Of a stretch of DNA of 64,000 nucleotides, positions 38,736-52,041 are shown piece by piece. The stretch is from Bigelowiella natans CCMP2755. Lineage: Eukaryota > Protista > Cercozoa. Within the stretch, counting starts at the first letter, position 1. Every line of letters begins with the position of its first letter. The DNA lies in contig ADNK01000140.1 of the NCBI GenBank assembly GCA_000320545.1, forward strand, positions 252,003-316,002, written 5' to 3'. The translations under genes were made by a program, and so were the position numbers. The notes below the pieces were generated by a model, which did not search any database, was not told where the DNA came from, and saw only the letters and a program-made list of their open reading frames with translations.

Positions 38736-39432
38736 GTTGTGACCGCAGTGTATATGCATGTTTCTTATGCTGAGCGAATTGTTACGCATTTTGACTGAAA
38801 GGAGGAGATCGAGAAATAGGTGCAATCATCGGGCAACTCGTGAATGTGAACGACGAGAGGACAATCGACGATATCTAGGACGAGCTCAAGAACAACAACA
38901 GTAGCGTCTCTCTCTATCTTTGCCCAGCAGCACCTCAGCGTCTGCATCTTCGTACACAATCAACGGCTGGTGATCATAAGTTACATCCTCCAACGCCGTG
39001 TGGAGACTCTGGTTGCAAATGATAGGAGGTGGGGGAAGGGTATTAAGAGGGGAGGGGAATGAGAAGAGGAAGAGAAGAAACAGATGATAATGATCGAAGG
39101 CAAATTCTGCTACGAATAAATCTGCAGTGTCATCACACGCGAGGAATTTTTCTTATCATCATCATCCACATTTTCCAACTTTAAGTTGGTATTGCAGCAT
39201 AATTTGGGAGGACTTACAACAATAACAACAACTACTACTACTCCTACTACTACTCCTACTACTACTCCTACTACCCTTTGCTGAGCGGCGAACATGCAGG
39301 TGGGAGAGGCCTCAGGTCTCGAATTACACACGGACTGTCACGAAAAAATTAATCATAATATTAGGTTTATTTCCATCTACCCCTGTATCTCGCCAGTGTG
39401 CGTCTTTCTCTCTCTCTTTCTCTTTCTCTCTC

Positions 39433-39478
<46 letters not shown>

Positions 39479-39479
39479 C

Positions 39480-39516
<37 letters not shown>

Positions 39517-40322
39517 TTTGAGTGTGCTTGTACGGCGATGTGTGCATCATACCCCAGAAAGACCAACAGCCCAAGATCGTGCATTGTGTACTCCTGTTTT
39601 ATTAGAAATAAATGGGGGTAGAGTTCGTTTCGTATTTATCATCATGAGCAAGGTTTTGGATCCCCCCCCCCCCCCCGTGGTAAGTATAGAAGGATTGTCG
39701 TTGAATAATGACCGTATGAGCTCTCGTTGGCTGGAACGACGAAAGCATTTAACACTACCTGTAGTCGTCATTATGATGTATATGTATTCTTTATGATATT
39801 ATCCATATTTGGGCTCTGCCGACGACGATTTCATTCAAATCTAGCTTAACTCACGAGTATATCACAAACTTCAAATAACGTATATATATGTAATATTGTC
39901 TGTGAACTTCTGCAGGTTCCAAACCATAAATACTTCTGCAGGTTCCAAACCATAAATATATTATTGATGATAACGTACCCCCCCGAGTTCTGGCATCAGC
40001 TGTGTGATAATGCCAAGATTTTTTTGGTAAAATCTACATATAGCAGTATCATTGGAAAAAATTCTTCCAATTACATGTACGAAAAAGGGCAAGAACAAGA
40101 GGAGGAGGAGGAGGAGGAGGAGGAGGAAGAAAAAGGGAGATAATAGGGTTGTGTGTGGTTCTGACTCAAATCCTGATGGTGTGAAGAGTATAGCGTTGTT
40201 AAATTGAAGGGAAAGTGGATTGTAGTATGCACTTCCACCCGCTTCTGCAAGTACAGGTTCAAAAGCAAGATACCAGAAAAAATAGGTTCTAAAATCAGGC
40301 ACACATACACACACACACGCAC

Positions 40323-40364
<42 letters not shown>

Positions 40365-40367
40365 GTA

Positions 40368-40413
<46 letters not shown>

Positions 40414-40655
40414 ATATGGAGGAAGATCATGCAAATTGGAGACTAATTTCCTCTTTCTTCTATTTTCATGTACTTTATCACCAGTCATGATTCTCATCTA
40501 CCTATTGAAGACAGAAACTCATCTATCTCCCCTTCCAGTTTCTTCATCCAGTCGATCTCCCGTATTATTTGTAGTCTAAGCTTCTCCGGAAGTCTCATCT
40601 GAACGACTCTACTCGGAAGAGGAGCGAATATAAAAAAGCATTGATAATATGAAGC

Positions 40656-40695
<40 letters not shown>

Positions 40696-41900
40696 ATCGT
40701 GTAGCATCTAGTGAGAAGTAGGATGACCTTGTCCCTCCATGGTTATCTAATTGGAATCTTAGATTCGAAACATCGTAGCCCTGTAATAGATACGACAACC
40801 ATTGGCCAGGAATAATAGTGGGGGGGGGGGGGGTGAGTCATGAAAATGGATAGCTATTGTACTATTTTGCAATGTCCTCTGCTTATATTATTCATTGTAA
40901 CATGCACACCCATTGAATATCACTAAGTTTCGACTCATCACTCACATATTTTTCCTGAATTGCCCCGGCAAATTCAGCGACTCCGAAAAGCTTGGTGTTC
41001 TGATTCGATATGATCGACAAGAATATCAACTCTATCGCTTTGCTTACCTCAAATACAGAGATGGGGGAAATAAGCAAGAGCGCTATTCGATTCCTCACCT
41101 TCAAAAAGCTTTTTTTTAAGTCCCTGTAAGCTCGAACAAAACGCGGTTCCAACTTATCTGCACATGACGCGGTTGGAACGTTAATTTCAGATCATCATCC
41201 TTTTATTGTTGTGCGTGTAGTCTCAATGACGGTTACCGGCGTATGCTTTAGCTGCTGAGCACAAGTCTGTTCGTGAGCGCTGTCCATTGATCGGGAGAAA
41301 AGTAGCTGCTCCAGCGATATCATCGCCATTCCAAGTTTTGGTCGTCGATCTGGAGAATAACATTTGAAATATAGTGATATTAGTGTCATGACTCAAATCC
41401 TCCTCCTCCTCATCATCATCATTATCATCACTGCTTTGAATGTGTAATTATCTCAGGAATCAAGCGACCGCCACATAGATACCGCTACAACATCCATTAC
41501 TTCAGATGCTGCTGATACTACAGCTACAATCCACAACCACTTTTCATGAGTAACAAGAAAAATTAACAGAACAATGATAAATAAAAACATTAAAATTACA
41601 TTGAAATTTTATAATAACTATTGCTCCGCTTCTGCGGCTGATATCTTACCCTGCGCCACAGCGAGCAAGACTAAAAAGAAAGAATGCTACGACTCCATGA
41701 GCCAGTCTGTAATAACTTTGCGATCAATTCAACAAATAAGCCTATGAAGTATGTTACATCCGAAAGGGGTATATGAACTATGGTCTCACCTGCTCGTTAT
41801 CATGTGGCTTCCCTTCCGCTGCAGCAGGGCACCACAACAGTGGGCGCTGCTCTCACCGCTGTGTGTTCGTTCGAGCTCGGAAATAATGATCGTTGCTCGT
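35495..41900 (-). CDS. Large hypothetical multi-exon protein (>20 exons, microsatellite-filled introns)
   Basis: Many GT-AG-bounded open exons, e.g. DRRPKLGMAMISLEQLLFS, MRLPEKLRLQIIREIDWMKKLEGEIDEFL, EYTMHDLGLLVFLGYDAH, VPSQAYMDKRLDHYFRQ, VHLLTNIGLGLHGSYGKDRQDIL and the terminal ORF 35495-35941. Start not located. Confidence 0.6.
39906..39957. repeat. Perfect 26-bp tandem duplication in an intron
   Basis: acttctgcaggttccaaaccataaat occurs twice in tandem. Confidence 0.9.
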
Positions 41901-42705
41901 GATAAAGGAAGATCGCAGAAGGCATAATTACCGAGGATTTAGTTCGTGCGACAACGAGAAATCTGACATGATAAAAACTTTCACAGAAGAGAGATAATGT
42001 GGTTTTCAGGAGAATGTTGTCTCTGTTGTAGTCGTAGTTTGTACGAATTTCGGAATTCGTACGAGCGTTAAGATAATCAGAAAGAATGTTAGTCTGTCGC
42101 ACACTAAGACTATGAAAATCACTTCGGTGAAAAAACATAGGGGAAGTCAAGGACGCGAACAGAATACATGTAACTAACAAGATACGAAGAACAAATTCGG
42201 GTTATTTCCCATTGCAAAACTCCGAGAGAAGAAAATACTGCTGAATTTTGCCTCCGACTGTCAAGAAAAACCGTTATCATGTAGCAGATCTACTTAATAC
42301 GACTTAATACAGTTAATTGTCGTTTATGATTAGATAGCATATTTATGCTGTACGCGGTTCGAAGGTCAGGCTCGTAGCATTCGAAAGGACATTGGGACTT
42401 TACGACTTGTAGATATGATCGGTATCTGGGTAAAAATGCAAGGATGAGCTTTACATGCTCGAAGCTGCTGAGATTCTATTTCGGGATAGTATGTTTAGCG
42501 ACATGCTCAAAGTCGGTTTGAAAGTAGAAAATGATTTGGGTATTTGCCGGTGATCGGGTTTCTTGATGGTGGATTTAAATCTGAAAAAGTTGATCTTCTT
42601 ATTCACAAACCCTAAGCTTACCAAAGGGAGGAGTGGAGTTCTAACACACCCCTCTGAGGCCAACGACTCCAACGCCACCGTTGGACTCAAGCTGGTGCAC
42701 CCACA

Positions 42706-45700
42706 ATGTCGCTCTTCAATCTCCCTACGATGAAGAGCAATGGCATACGCATGGAGGGAACACTGTAAGTAACGAAGCTGTGCGATACACCAGCGAGACA
42801 CATAAACTTCCAAGTATCAGTGATTTGAATGCTTCTTAGGATTAGGCACAGTACGATTAGACAAAATAAAGAGCGGTATTTCAGGTAACCACCCAGTAGT
42901 ATTTCCATAATTCTTTAGTATGGCGGAAGGGAGGGGGAGAGGGTCGCTTTACATTTAGTCCTGCGTATGATGGGCTGCGCCATAAAATCCGACTTTACAT
43001 TGAACAAGGCTGAAATTTCTGGAGAATAAGGCTGTCCTAGAGAAATTCAAAGACGAGGTGGGCAACTAAACGTGAAACTTACCCATTAAAAATATTAGAA
43101 GTAGGAGAGGAATCGGAAGTGATGGGTACTGGGAAAATAGTACAACGTGATAGTTAGATTCCTCCTGTATTAATTCTATCTACACCCGTCAAATCAGAGA
43201 GACGAGACCCGCCGAGATAAGTATGAGATTCACGATAACTCGACAGTGAAGTTCAGCGAAAGGACCGGCGCATACTGGTTTACGGTAAGAAGTAAGGAGG
43301 GGAAGTCCTCGCTAACATGCTTTTCTCACTTTCATAGTTCAGAAAACAAAGGCTAATGAAAATCCTAGTTAAACGATAAAGTGCGACTTCTATCACATAA
43401 CCTATTTTTGGGAGAACAGAAGAGTATATGATGTGACTTTCAATCTCATTGTTTAGTTAAAGACAAATGGAAGGGAGCACAGGTTTGGCGCTCAAAATCC
43501 ATTGGCACGGGTCACTTGGATCAAGGCCATTGAGAAGTGAGTGTTATCGTCGGCGTCTCTTTGTTTTCATTGTCCCTCAAAGTGTATGTACGTTTGTGAG
43601 AATATACGGCGTGCTTCCCTTTGGATCTAATACCTTACAACTACATTTAAAGATGTGTCCATGAGTTGCGAGCTCGAAGTCGGGGTATAGAGTACGGAGA
43701 TAAGGTGCGTTCTGGACTACTTACTATGAATTACTCTTTGGTTGAGTACACATGTTGAATAATATTGTGACTTCTTCTTTTACTTTGCAGGAGGAAACGA
43801 CGGAGGTGGACAGCGATGGCTCTTGCGACACTAAGGCTGCCACCGTGAAGTAATAACAACGATCACTGCAAGCACTAATGTTATCCACAGCCACCACTGC
43901 CGCCACTATCAAGGGACATCTCAGGCGTCCTTGGTTTTCTTGCATTGTACATGCGCTTATGAATATGTTTATTATGTTCAGACTCGAAATAGAAACCCTC
44001 GCTCAGGAGCTGCGGGGAAAAAGAGGGATCCGAAAAAAAACGGTATGTATTGAGGAAGGATAGGAACACGGCTTCAGAGCAATTGGAAAATAGGAGGAGG
44101 AAGAGGGGCCTGGAAGTGACAAATGACTAGCCTAAATTATGATTTGTGTGTGGTGCCCCATCCATCGTCAAGAGACAATTAGTTCTATTTTGACTAATGT
44201 TTCCTTGGTTCACTATTGACAGCACTATTTTGAGTACCAAAATGTGAAGAACAGCTTCAAAGGGTTGCATGTCGTTGCATGGCTACTTAAGGTTGATGCT
44301 GTTTCTTCTTTATATAGATGGTGATAATAGGCAACGACTTTTTTTGAGCGTTCCAACTGATGATTCTTTGTTGGTCTCAACCTCCCTCCCAGAACCGATT
44401 CTCACCAGATCGCAACCGTGCTCTAGATGTAGGGGCTGAACTGCTCACAGCGTATGTTCCAAAAATACTCTCTTCATTTCCTCTTCTCTAACCAACCTCA
44501 CCCTGAGCAACTATACTAACTATCAACATCATCATCATCATCATCACCATCATCATCCGCTGTCCCTCCCCTTCTTCTTGCACTTGCCTGGATCTAACCT
44601 GCCGTTTCCCCCCTCTTGATCTTCCTCTTGTTAATGTTTTAGGGGGAAACTGACCCGAGTCGATGGGGGAAGGCAGTTTAAGGGTGAGGATGAGCTGTAT
44701 GTGTTCACTAAGAGCGTAGGCATTACCCCTTCAGTCTTGGTCAAGGATATTGACAGGCTGCAGAAGCAAGTCAACGGCCTCTCAGTAGAAATTCATCAGG
44801 TGTGCATACTACTGGTAGCTAGTTTGATGAGAAAAGAGCTGTAGCACTGGAGCTATTGCTGTCACTGTCACTGTTGCTGCTACTTTCATCTGCAGCATGG
44901 TTCTTATTTATAACCTTTCCAACCGTCCTTCCTCCTCCCCTAGGTCGAAAACTCCTCCGAAGAGCTCTACAATTTGCTGCAAGATCAGATATCTCAATTG
45001 AAAAGCGGTATGTGTTTTTTGGGGTGGTGTTGTTCACTATTTATAGGGCAGGGAAGGGGTGTGGAGGAGGGGAAGGGAAGGGGTGGGAACATTAAGTTTC
45101 CCGGCGTACGTGGCCCTTACTAGACGCTTTTCAAGACAATATTGTCTTCCCTTCTCCTCCTCGATCGTTATTCGAGCTCCTACTTAGCTATCTCTCATAT
45201 TATCCACGTTGGTCTGTCTTCCTCACCGCCAATTCGATCATAACATGTGGTGTTGTTTATAATGATGATACTAATAGAAATCCGTTCTTCTTTTCGTGAC
45301 GAACAGAGACCCAGAAAATGAGACAGCATGTAGATTGGCTAGCCGGGATTTCGTTGTCTGTATCATGCGGTAAGTGTCAGAATCACTGCTTTCATTTCTC
45401 CCTTCTCTACGCAAACTATTCCGCTTTTCTCCCCATCCTCTTCCACCTCATTACCATCATTATCATCATCATCATTCTATCCCCCCCCCCTGCGTATTCA
45501 TACGATCGGCCTTTGTCGTTGTTGTGCGCTTCTCCTCCTCTGTTGGTGTCATCCATTGATAATCGCATCATTTAGGAATAGTGATCATGGGCCTCTGGGG
45601 CAATTTTAGCGAGGTTTTTAATTTAAAAAAAATAGCCCACGTCCCCCTCCTCCCCTTTCATAGGTGAAGGGATGGAGGATGGGCAGGGGAGAGGTAGGGC

Positions 45701-46103
45701 AATAGAAGAGGGGAAGCTCTTCGTAAATCGACAACGCCAACCTCCCATGATTACTCATTAATGATCAAAGATATCATCGGATAATGTAGCGCTGCTATGC
45801 TGCTGCTACTGAAACCTCTCCCCTTCCACCACCATACAACAACACTAGGTGCCATTTTACATTCGAGCGTTCCTTTTAGTACTGATTGTATCAGTAACAA
45901 CGATGGGTTTTATGATTCTCAACTCCAACATTTCGAAGAAGATAATAGTGAAGGTAGAAGCACGCTACGTGCCAAGCATGTATATATATACTACGTCGTG
46001 CAGCATTAATTGTTGCACGCATGTTCGATGTTTCCAACAAACACGCATCGAGAGCTATTTATCCACTTTCTCTTGTCTCCCCTCTCTCTATCTCTCTTTG
46101 TGT

Positions 46104-46140
<37 letters not shown>

Positions 46141-46480
46141 GGTACCAATAATCACATCGAGGCAAAATATGACCCCCTTTTTTACTTCAGGGGTTATCCA
46201 CTGCGAAACAGTATAGGGGGGGGCTCGATAAAGTAAGGCGAGGTTCTCATTCCGCCTTTTCTAGTACTGCTACTTTTCCCAGAGGGTCTGTGATGAAACA
46301 GGGGCGACAACAGAAGGTGCCCCCCCACAAAGTTATGATGATGATATTAAAATGTGGGTGGGATCCCTTGTGAAGGGGAAAGCAAATATGAGGATGGGTC
46401 ATGGGGGTTAGGAGGGAGAGCAGAGTGAAACTAGCGTAGAAGATATCATTTTCTCTCTATATCATTTTCATATACATTTG

Positions 46481-46540
<60 letters not shown>

Positions 46541-48222
46541 TGGAGAAAGGGAGAGAGAGAAGAGGGGGTGCGTATGATGTGTGTCCATTTGCTAAGTAGT
46601 ACATTCTGGACCGTTTCCTCTTTTCTGCTGTCACAAACAACATGCCACTGCCTAAGCAGAGTAACATAGTTTTTATACTATCTGGAAATCTCTTCTTGTG
46701 GTTTGGCACATCTGTTGTCGTCGTCATCATCATCATTTTGATTTACCTCCTACTATATTTTGGGGTGGGCGGATGGATGTTTTTTTTTTTTTTTTTTTTT
46801 TTTTTTCCCGTGCATTGTATGTTCGCACGATAAATTAAGGCCTTTTCTGATGGCAACCCTTTGAGTGTGTGGGTTGGCAGTGGTGACGGACGTGCGATGA
46901 ACGTCGTCGGATCCACTTCTTCCACCCCTGCTACTTCTCCTACTGGAGTGTCATCATCATCATCACCATTCCGTGGGAGAAGAAAGAAAGCCCAGAGTCA
47001 CGAGCACTTAGGGGCTAGCCCCTCACATCAGCCAGCAGCAGCTATCAGCTCTCCAGCTACGTCTCTAATATCTCCTCCCTCGCCATCTTCATTGCTATCG
47101 TCGCCTAGGAAGAGAGCTCCCTTGCCGCCCCTCAGCAAACGGAGTAGTGCCAACGCCTCCGCACCTAACCTGTTCTCTCCTCGAATGCTCGTCCGTGATG
47201 ATGGGGACGCTGATGGGAATAAGATAAAGCAACACCAATTCCCCCCCCGTGTATCGCCTCAAAGGAGGGTTGACATTACAGTTTTATAGTAGTTGAGAAT
47301 GTAGCACATTGTTGGTAGGATGATGCGAAAGTCCTCCTGTCTTTTTTTTTTGGAAGAAGATAGTTGCAGTAATACTAGCGTGCTTTATTTTTTCGATGAT
47401 ACATTCGCTCATAGATACTGAATGTACAGTTAGAGCACCCATCAACATCATCATCATCAGTTTTTTTACTATCATCAGTATCATCAGTATCATCAGTATG
47501 ATCATCATCATCTTCTATCTTTTTCTTCTTCTTTTATTCTTACGTTCTTTGTCTTCTCCTTACTCAACCACGAGGAGAGTATTGTTGGTTCATATGGGAA
47601 TAACAAGAGGGTAGGGGGGATAGGAATATAGTGTTGTTGCTATTATTGTTCTTCTTCTTATTATTATTATTATTATTATTCGTGATGGAGTGTTGTCTTC
47701 TCTCTAAGCTACCTCCCTTCCTCCCTCCCCGCTCCCTTTCCCCATCATCTTCAGCACGAGAAATTGACTGGTATCAGCGATCGACACGGTGGAGGCCCGT
47801 CAAGGCGTCTACATCCTACATCTTCAAGAAATGACGATGCAACGTCAACAACACTGTCGGGAAGTAGCGATGGAAAACACTCAAAGCCTACTGGGCGAAA
47901 GGTGCAGACACACAGCTGCGTCCCCCCTCCCCTCCCCTTTCCTCCCTCTTTGTGTTGGTTGGTGAGATGGGTTGTTAGAGGTGTATTGAAGTCTGCCAAT
48001 ACATGAAAATGTTGGAAGGCGTGCTAATGATGTACCCCATGCTCTTTTCTTTCATCTTCATTATTTTTCTTGTTGTTATTGTTGCTGTGCTACTTGTTCT
48101 CTTCTTACTCTTGTTAGGATTGGAAAAGAGGTGGTGAAGGAATGCTATATCGGCACTTTACAACGTGCGTCTTCTTCTTCTTGTCGTTGTCTCCCCCCCC
48201 CCCCCTTCTCCCTCTCTCTACT

Positions 48223-48257
<35 letters not shown>

Positions 48258-49156
48258 TATCGTATCATTTACAAATGCATTGCCGCTAAATGTAATAAGT
48301 TGTTGTATGTCCAATAATAATAACTAAAATACACTACCATGCAGAGATCAACCAAAGGATTGCTGGAGTCAACCTAAGGCAGACGAATTTAAGGTTTCCC
48401 CCCTTCCCCCCTCCCTCCTCCACCATACTACCAAATGGCAACGATGATTACTAATAAAAACGCCAATGAATGAATGAGCAGCACATGTTTTTGGCAAATA
48501 ACACCATGATTTAATATGATGTCTTCTTGCAATGCCAATGGTTTGCAATGATATATGCACGCAAAAATTTGGTTGAGATTTAGTTGTTTGTTTATTTGTT
48601 TGTATACTCTCTCTCTCTTCTTGTCGCCTTGCCGTTCATTCGCTCGTTCGTGCGATCTTCTTCTTCTTCCTCTCTTCCTCCTCTTCTTCCTCTCTTCCTC
48701 CTCTTCCTCCTCCTCCCTCCTTGTGTTTTAATGCTGCTGGGTGTTTATTGTTTATTGGTTCCTTCTCAGGTACGAGGAGCTCGCTACCTCGTTGATGGGA
48801 TCAAAAACGTATCGAAAGTCTCACGGTAATAGTGCTCGAGGAAGAAAGTGTTTGCGTGGCCATTATCTATAGATAATCAAAGAATCACCACATCATCACA
48901 CACCATCATCATCATCTTCTTCATCGTCATCACCATCATTTATTATTATCATCTAACGTCACTGTAGATTTGAGGTTGCTTGCTGCGAGATGTGCGCTGT
49001 CGGTGAAAAGGTAACACTGGTCAATTTTTTCATCCCTCACCCCAATCAGTAGTCCACCTTTGCACGCTGCTGCTGCTGGTGGTGGTGGTGGTTTAGAAAT
49101 ATGTCTTGCTTATGATATGCTCCCTTCGTTGGGTCTTTGTTCTGCCGTATATCATT

Positions 49157-49188
<32 letters not shown>

Positions 49189-49587
49189 TACCATCGATAT
49201 TGTAGATCTCTTCCTTCGTACTTTTATTATCCGTTATTTCTCTATGCTCCCGATCTTGCAGATTGATCATATTGCTAGCTTGAAGCATAGTGCCCTTCAT
49301 CGTCTCCGAAATGAGGTAGTTCACTCGGCAATATCAATCAATCAAACAATCAATCACAGAAATGTTTGCTCATGCTTGTCTCTGCCTGTCTCTGCTTTTC
49401 TCTACACGTCATTGTTGTTGTCGTTGTTACTTATGTCAAGTGCGGAAGTGATTATAGTGATGATGATGATGATGATGATGATGATGGTAATTACGTCGAT
49501 TATGGTATTGCAGAGTCGATATGCTGAGGGTTCGCATCCGTTTTCTGTCAACTTCTTACTTATCCAATTCCAAGTAATAATCCAATA

Positions 49588-49628
<41 letters not shown>

Positions 49629-50181
49629 GTGTGTGTGTGTGGGGGGAGGGGTATCAAATGAAGATCCGACTTTCAAATATCGGTTATGATTGTGGGTAGG
49701 GGAATGAGGGGGGGGAGGGTGTTAGGATTGCGTTTACTACGCGAAGAATGATGGTAGTCATTATCACTGGCCAACTGCATCATCATCTCTGTCATCAGTA
49801 TCCATAAAATAATTTGCTAATCTCCTGTTATTCTTAATTTATACGTTGTTGTTGTTGTTGTTGTTGTTGTTGTTATCAATTGCTACTGTAGCTTCCTGGA
49901 ATCTCGTTCACAATGTATATGCGAGCTAGGTATGAGAATAGTAATAGTACTAACCATGCGATAAATAATAGTATCTGATGATGTATTGTTATTGTTATTG
50001 TTGTTGGTGGTGGTGGATCGTTGTTATTTCTTAGACAAAATCAGAATCCCAACCAGGAGGTGTGCCCAGGGTTCTCCGAAATGATGAATCAATTTATTAA
50101 TGGAACGGACGACTACCGGAATGACAGGTACTACTACTACCTGCATTGTTATTTCTATTAGTAGCAGTAATAGTAGGCGAA

Positions 50182-50219
<38 letters not shown>

Positions 50220-51453
50220 AACGGATGATATCATGTAAAGACCCCGTCACGGTATGAAGAGAGAGAGAGCACCGTTATTCTGTTGTATTTGTTCTAATCT
50301 CCTCCCCCCCCCCCTTGTTAATATTGATCATTTATTGAAAACGAATGTAATTAACAACACCATGACAGGTTCAAAATTCTTCCAACTGTACGCGAGGGCA
50401 GCTGGGTATCATGACATAATTTATAAATTAAGAGAGAAAGGGTCACCGACCTCACTCTGTGAGCGATAATCATCATTTATTCATGTGCTCTATGTGTACA
50501 TATAGATGGTCCGAAAAATGGTAGGGGCGAAACCTGCTCTTCTAGGTAATATGCATTCTTCGTTCAATTTCGTAAGATTTACTGCTAGAAGTAGTAACAA
50601 TTTTCGTCATCACCATCATCATCATCATCATCATGACGACCATTGTTTGCATCATCATCCTCTATATCCTCTGACTAGGCAAGAAGATATCTTGCACTTA
50701 CAGCAAAGGTGGTCATACATATTTACCAGCAACAAGCAGAACGTTTGCCGTTGTCGTCGTCATAGTTGTTGGAGAAGAGGGAATACGAGTGAATCTTCAC
50801 TGATGACTGAACGTCTACAAAACCGCTCTCTGTTATTGTTTATCTCCCTCCCTGTTGCTGCCTTGTGCGTACTCTGTATCTTCACCAAATACCCATACCA
50901 ATTATTAAATGAATGATCGATCATCACAGGAGTGGACTACTTAGAGATCGACGTCGACATTGCCACGTCGTACGTCGCACAGAAGATATTAGGAGTCGTC
51001 CAAGGCTACGCCAAAAACCTTATCGTAATAATTGATTAAATCTATGGATAATGGTGTCTTACCATCTGCAATCGTTCAAAATCCTGCCTTTTTTTGAAAA
51101 ATATGTTTCGATAGCATGCTGATGCGCAGCAAATACGTGTTTAGCATTTGCCTCCTTTCTGCATGGCCATGTAGTAGACATTGACCTTTCTTGAAATGAA
51201 CCTGCAGGTGGACCTAGGATTCCTCATAGAAGGCAGGGAAGAGAAGGAATTGCCCGAGGTGAGAACTCTCAGTATGCTGAGGCTTTTCGATTCGGATCGG
51301 TGAGCGACTTTTTATGGTATTATCACTCAGGTAATGCTTGGCGCAGTGCGTTTCCATAACGTTGATCTGGGAACGATACCAAAGCTAGAAATGGAGCCTA
51401 CCGTGAGCTCTCCACGGATGGCTGATCGAAATTCTGATAGCAAGAGCCTTTGA
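42706..51453 (+). CDS. PH - DEP - coiled coil - two TM helices - low-complexity - EDR2_C (DUF1336) protein
   Basis: PH: MEGTLIRHSTIRQNKERYFRL...YWFTLKTNGREHRFGAQNPLARVTWIKAIE. DEP: GIRKKTHYFEYQNVKNSFKG..DRNRALDVGAELLTAGKLTRVDGGRQFKGEDELYVF. EDR2_C: CWSQPKADEFKVRGARYLVD, RNDRFKILP..GSWMVRKMVGAKPALLG, YLEIDVDIATS and VDLGFLIEGREEKELPEVMLGAVRF. Stop at 51453. Confidence 0.85.
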
Positions 51454-51539
51454 TGATGAGGAAGAGCTAGAGCTACATTTCAAGGATATAAAAACTTTAC
51501 TTACACAGCTAAAAATGAATCGAAAGGATATTACACATG

Positions 51540-51910
51540 GTTAGATGGGTCCAGTTCGACCTTGCTAGCTTGACTAGATGTGACTTGTGCTGCCGATGCG
51601 GACAAATGTATGATGCCTAGTTCATGCCTAACTAGCATGCTAGCATGGCTAGATGGTTACCACCTCAGAGCGTCTAATGCAATGTGCGCATCTCACATGC
51701 ACAGTCTAGTAGAGCACAGCATGCCTCGATCATCTAGTCATGCTAGAATGCAGCATGTGTGAAAAGTGCATCCATCACACCGCAGCACCATTGCTAGATT
51801 GTGTGCTTATTGCTAGCTTAATTGCCACAACGCCGAAGCTGCTCTAGCGCTGGCTGTGCCCACGCTAGCACGGTGCCGCCCGATCTAGGATCTCACATCA
51901 TGCAGCGAAA
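51540..51910. other. CTAG/TGCA/CATG-rich 3'-end spacer S9
   Basis: actagcatgctagcatggctag and tctagtcatgctagaatgcagcatg; lies between convergent stops at 51453 and 52042. Confidence 0.75.
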
Positions 51911-52041
51911 TGCGTTTTTGATGAGACAGATAAATGGGCAGACAGACAGATAGAACGAACATATTTTTTCTAACATACAAACTGTACATTCTAGCATTAT
52001 TAAAATAAAATTAGGACACAATGTCACATGTAAAGCTAGCT

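Noticed and set aside
39324-40497. ORFs such as HTHTHT/ERERER/YIYIYI here and elsewhere
   Set aside because: Translations of intronic dinucleotide microsatellites.
48340-48400. Apparent GC-AG intron donor after ...cctaag
   Set aside because: The exon reads through (PKADEFK) to a canonical GT, restoring the EDR2_C FKVRG motif.
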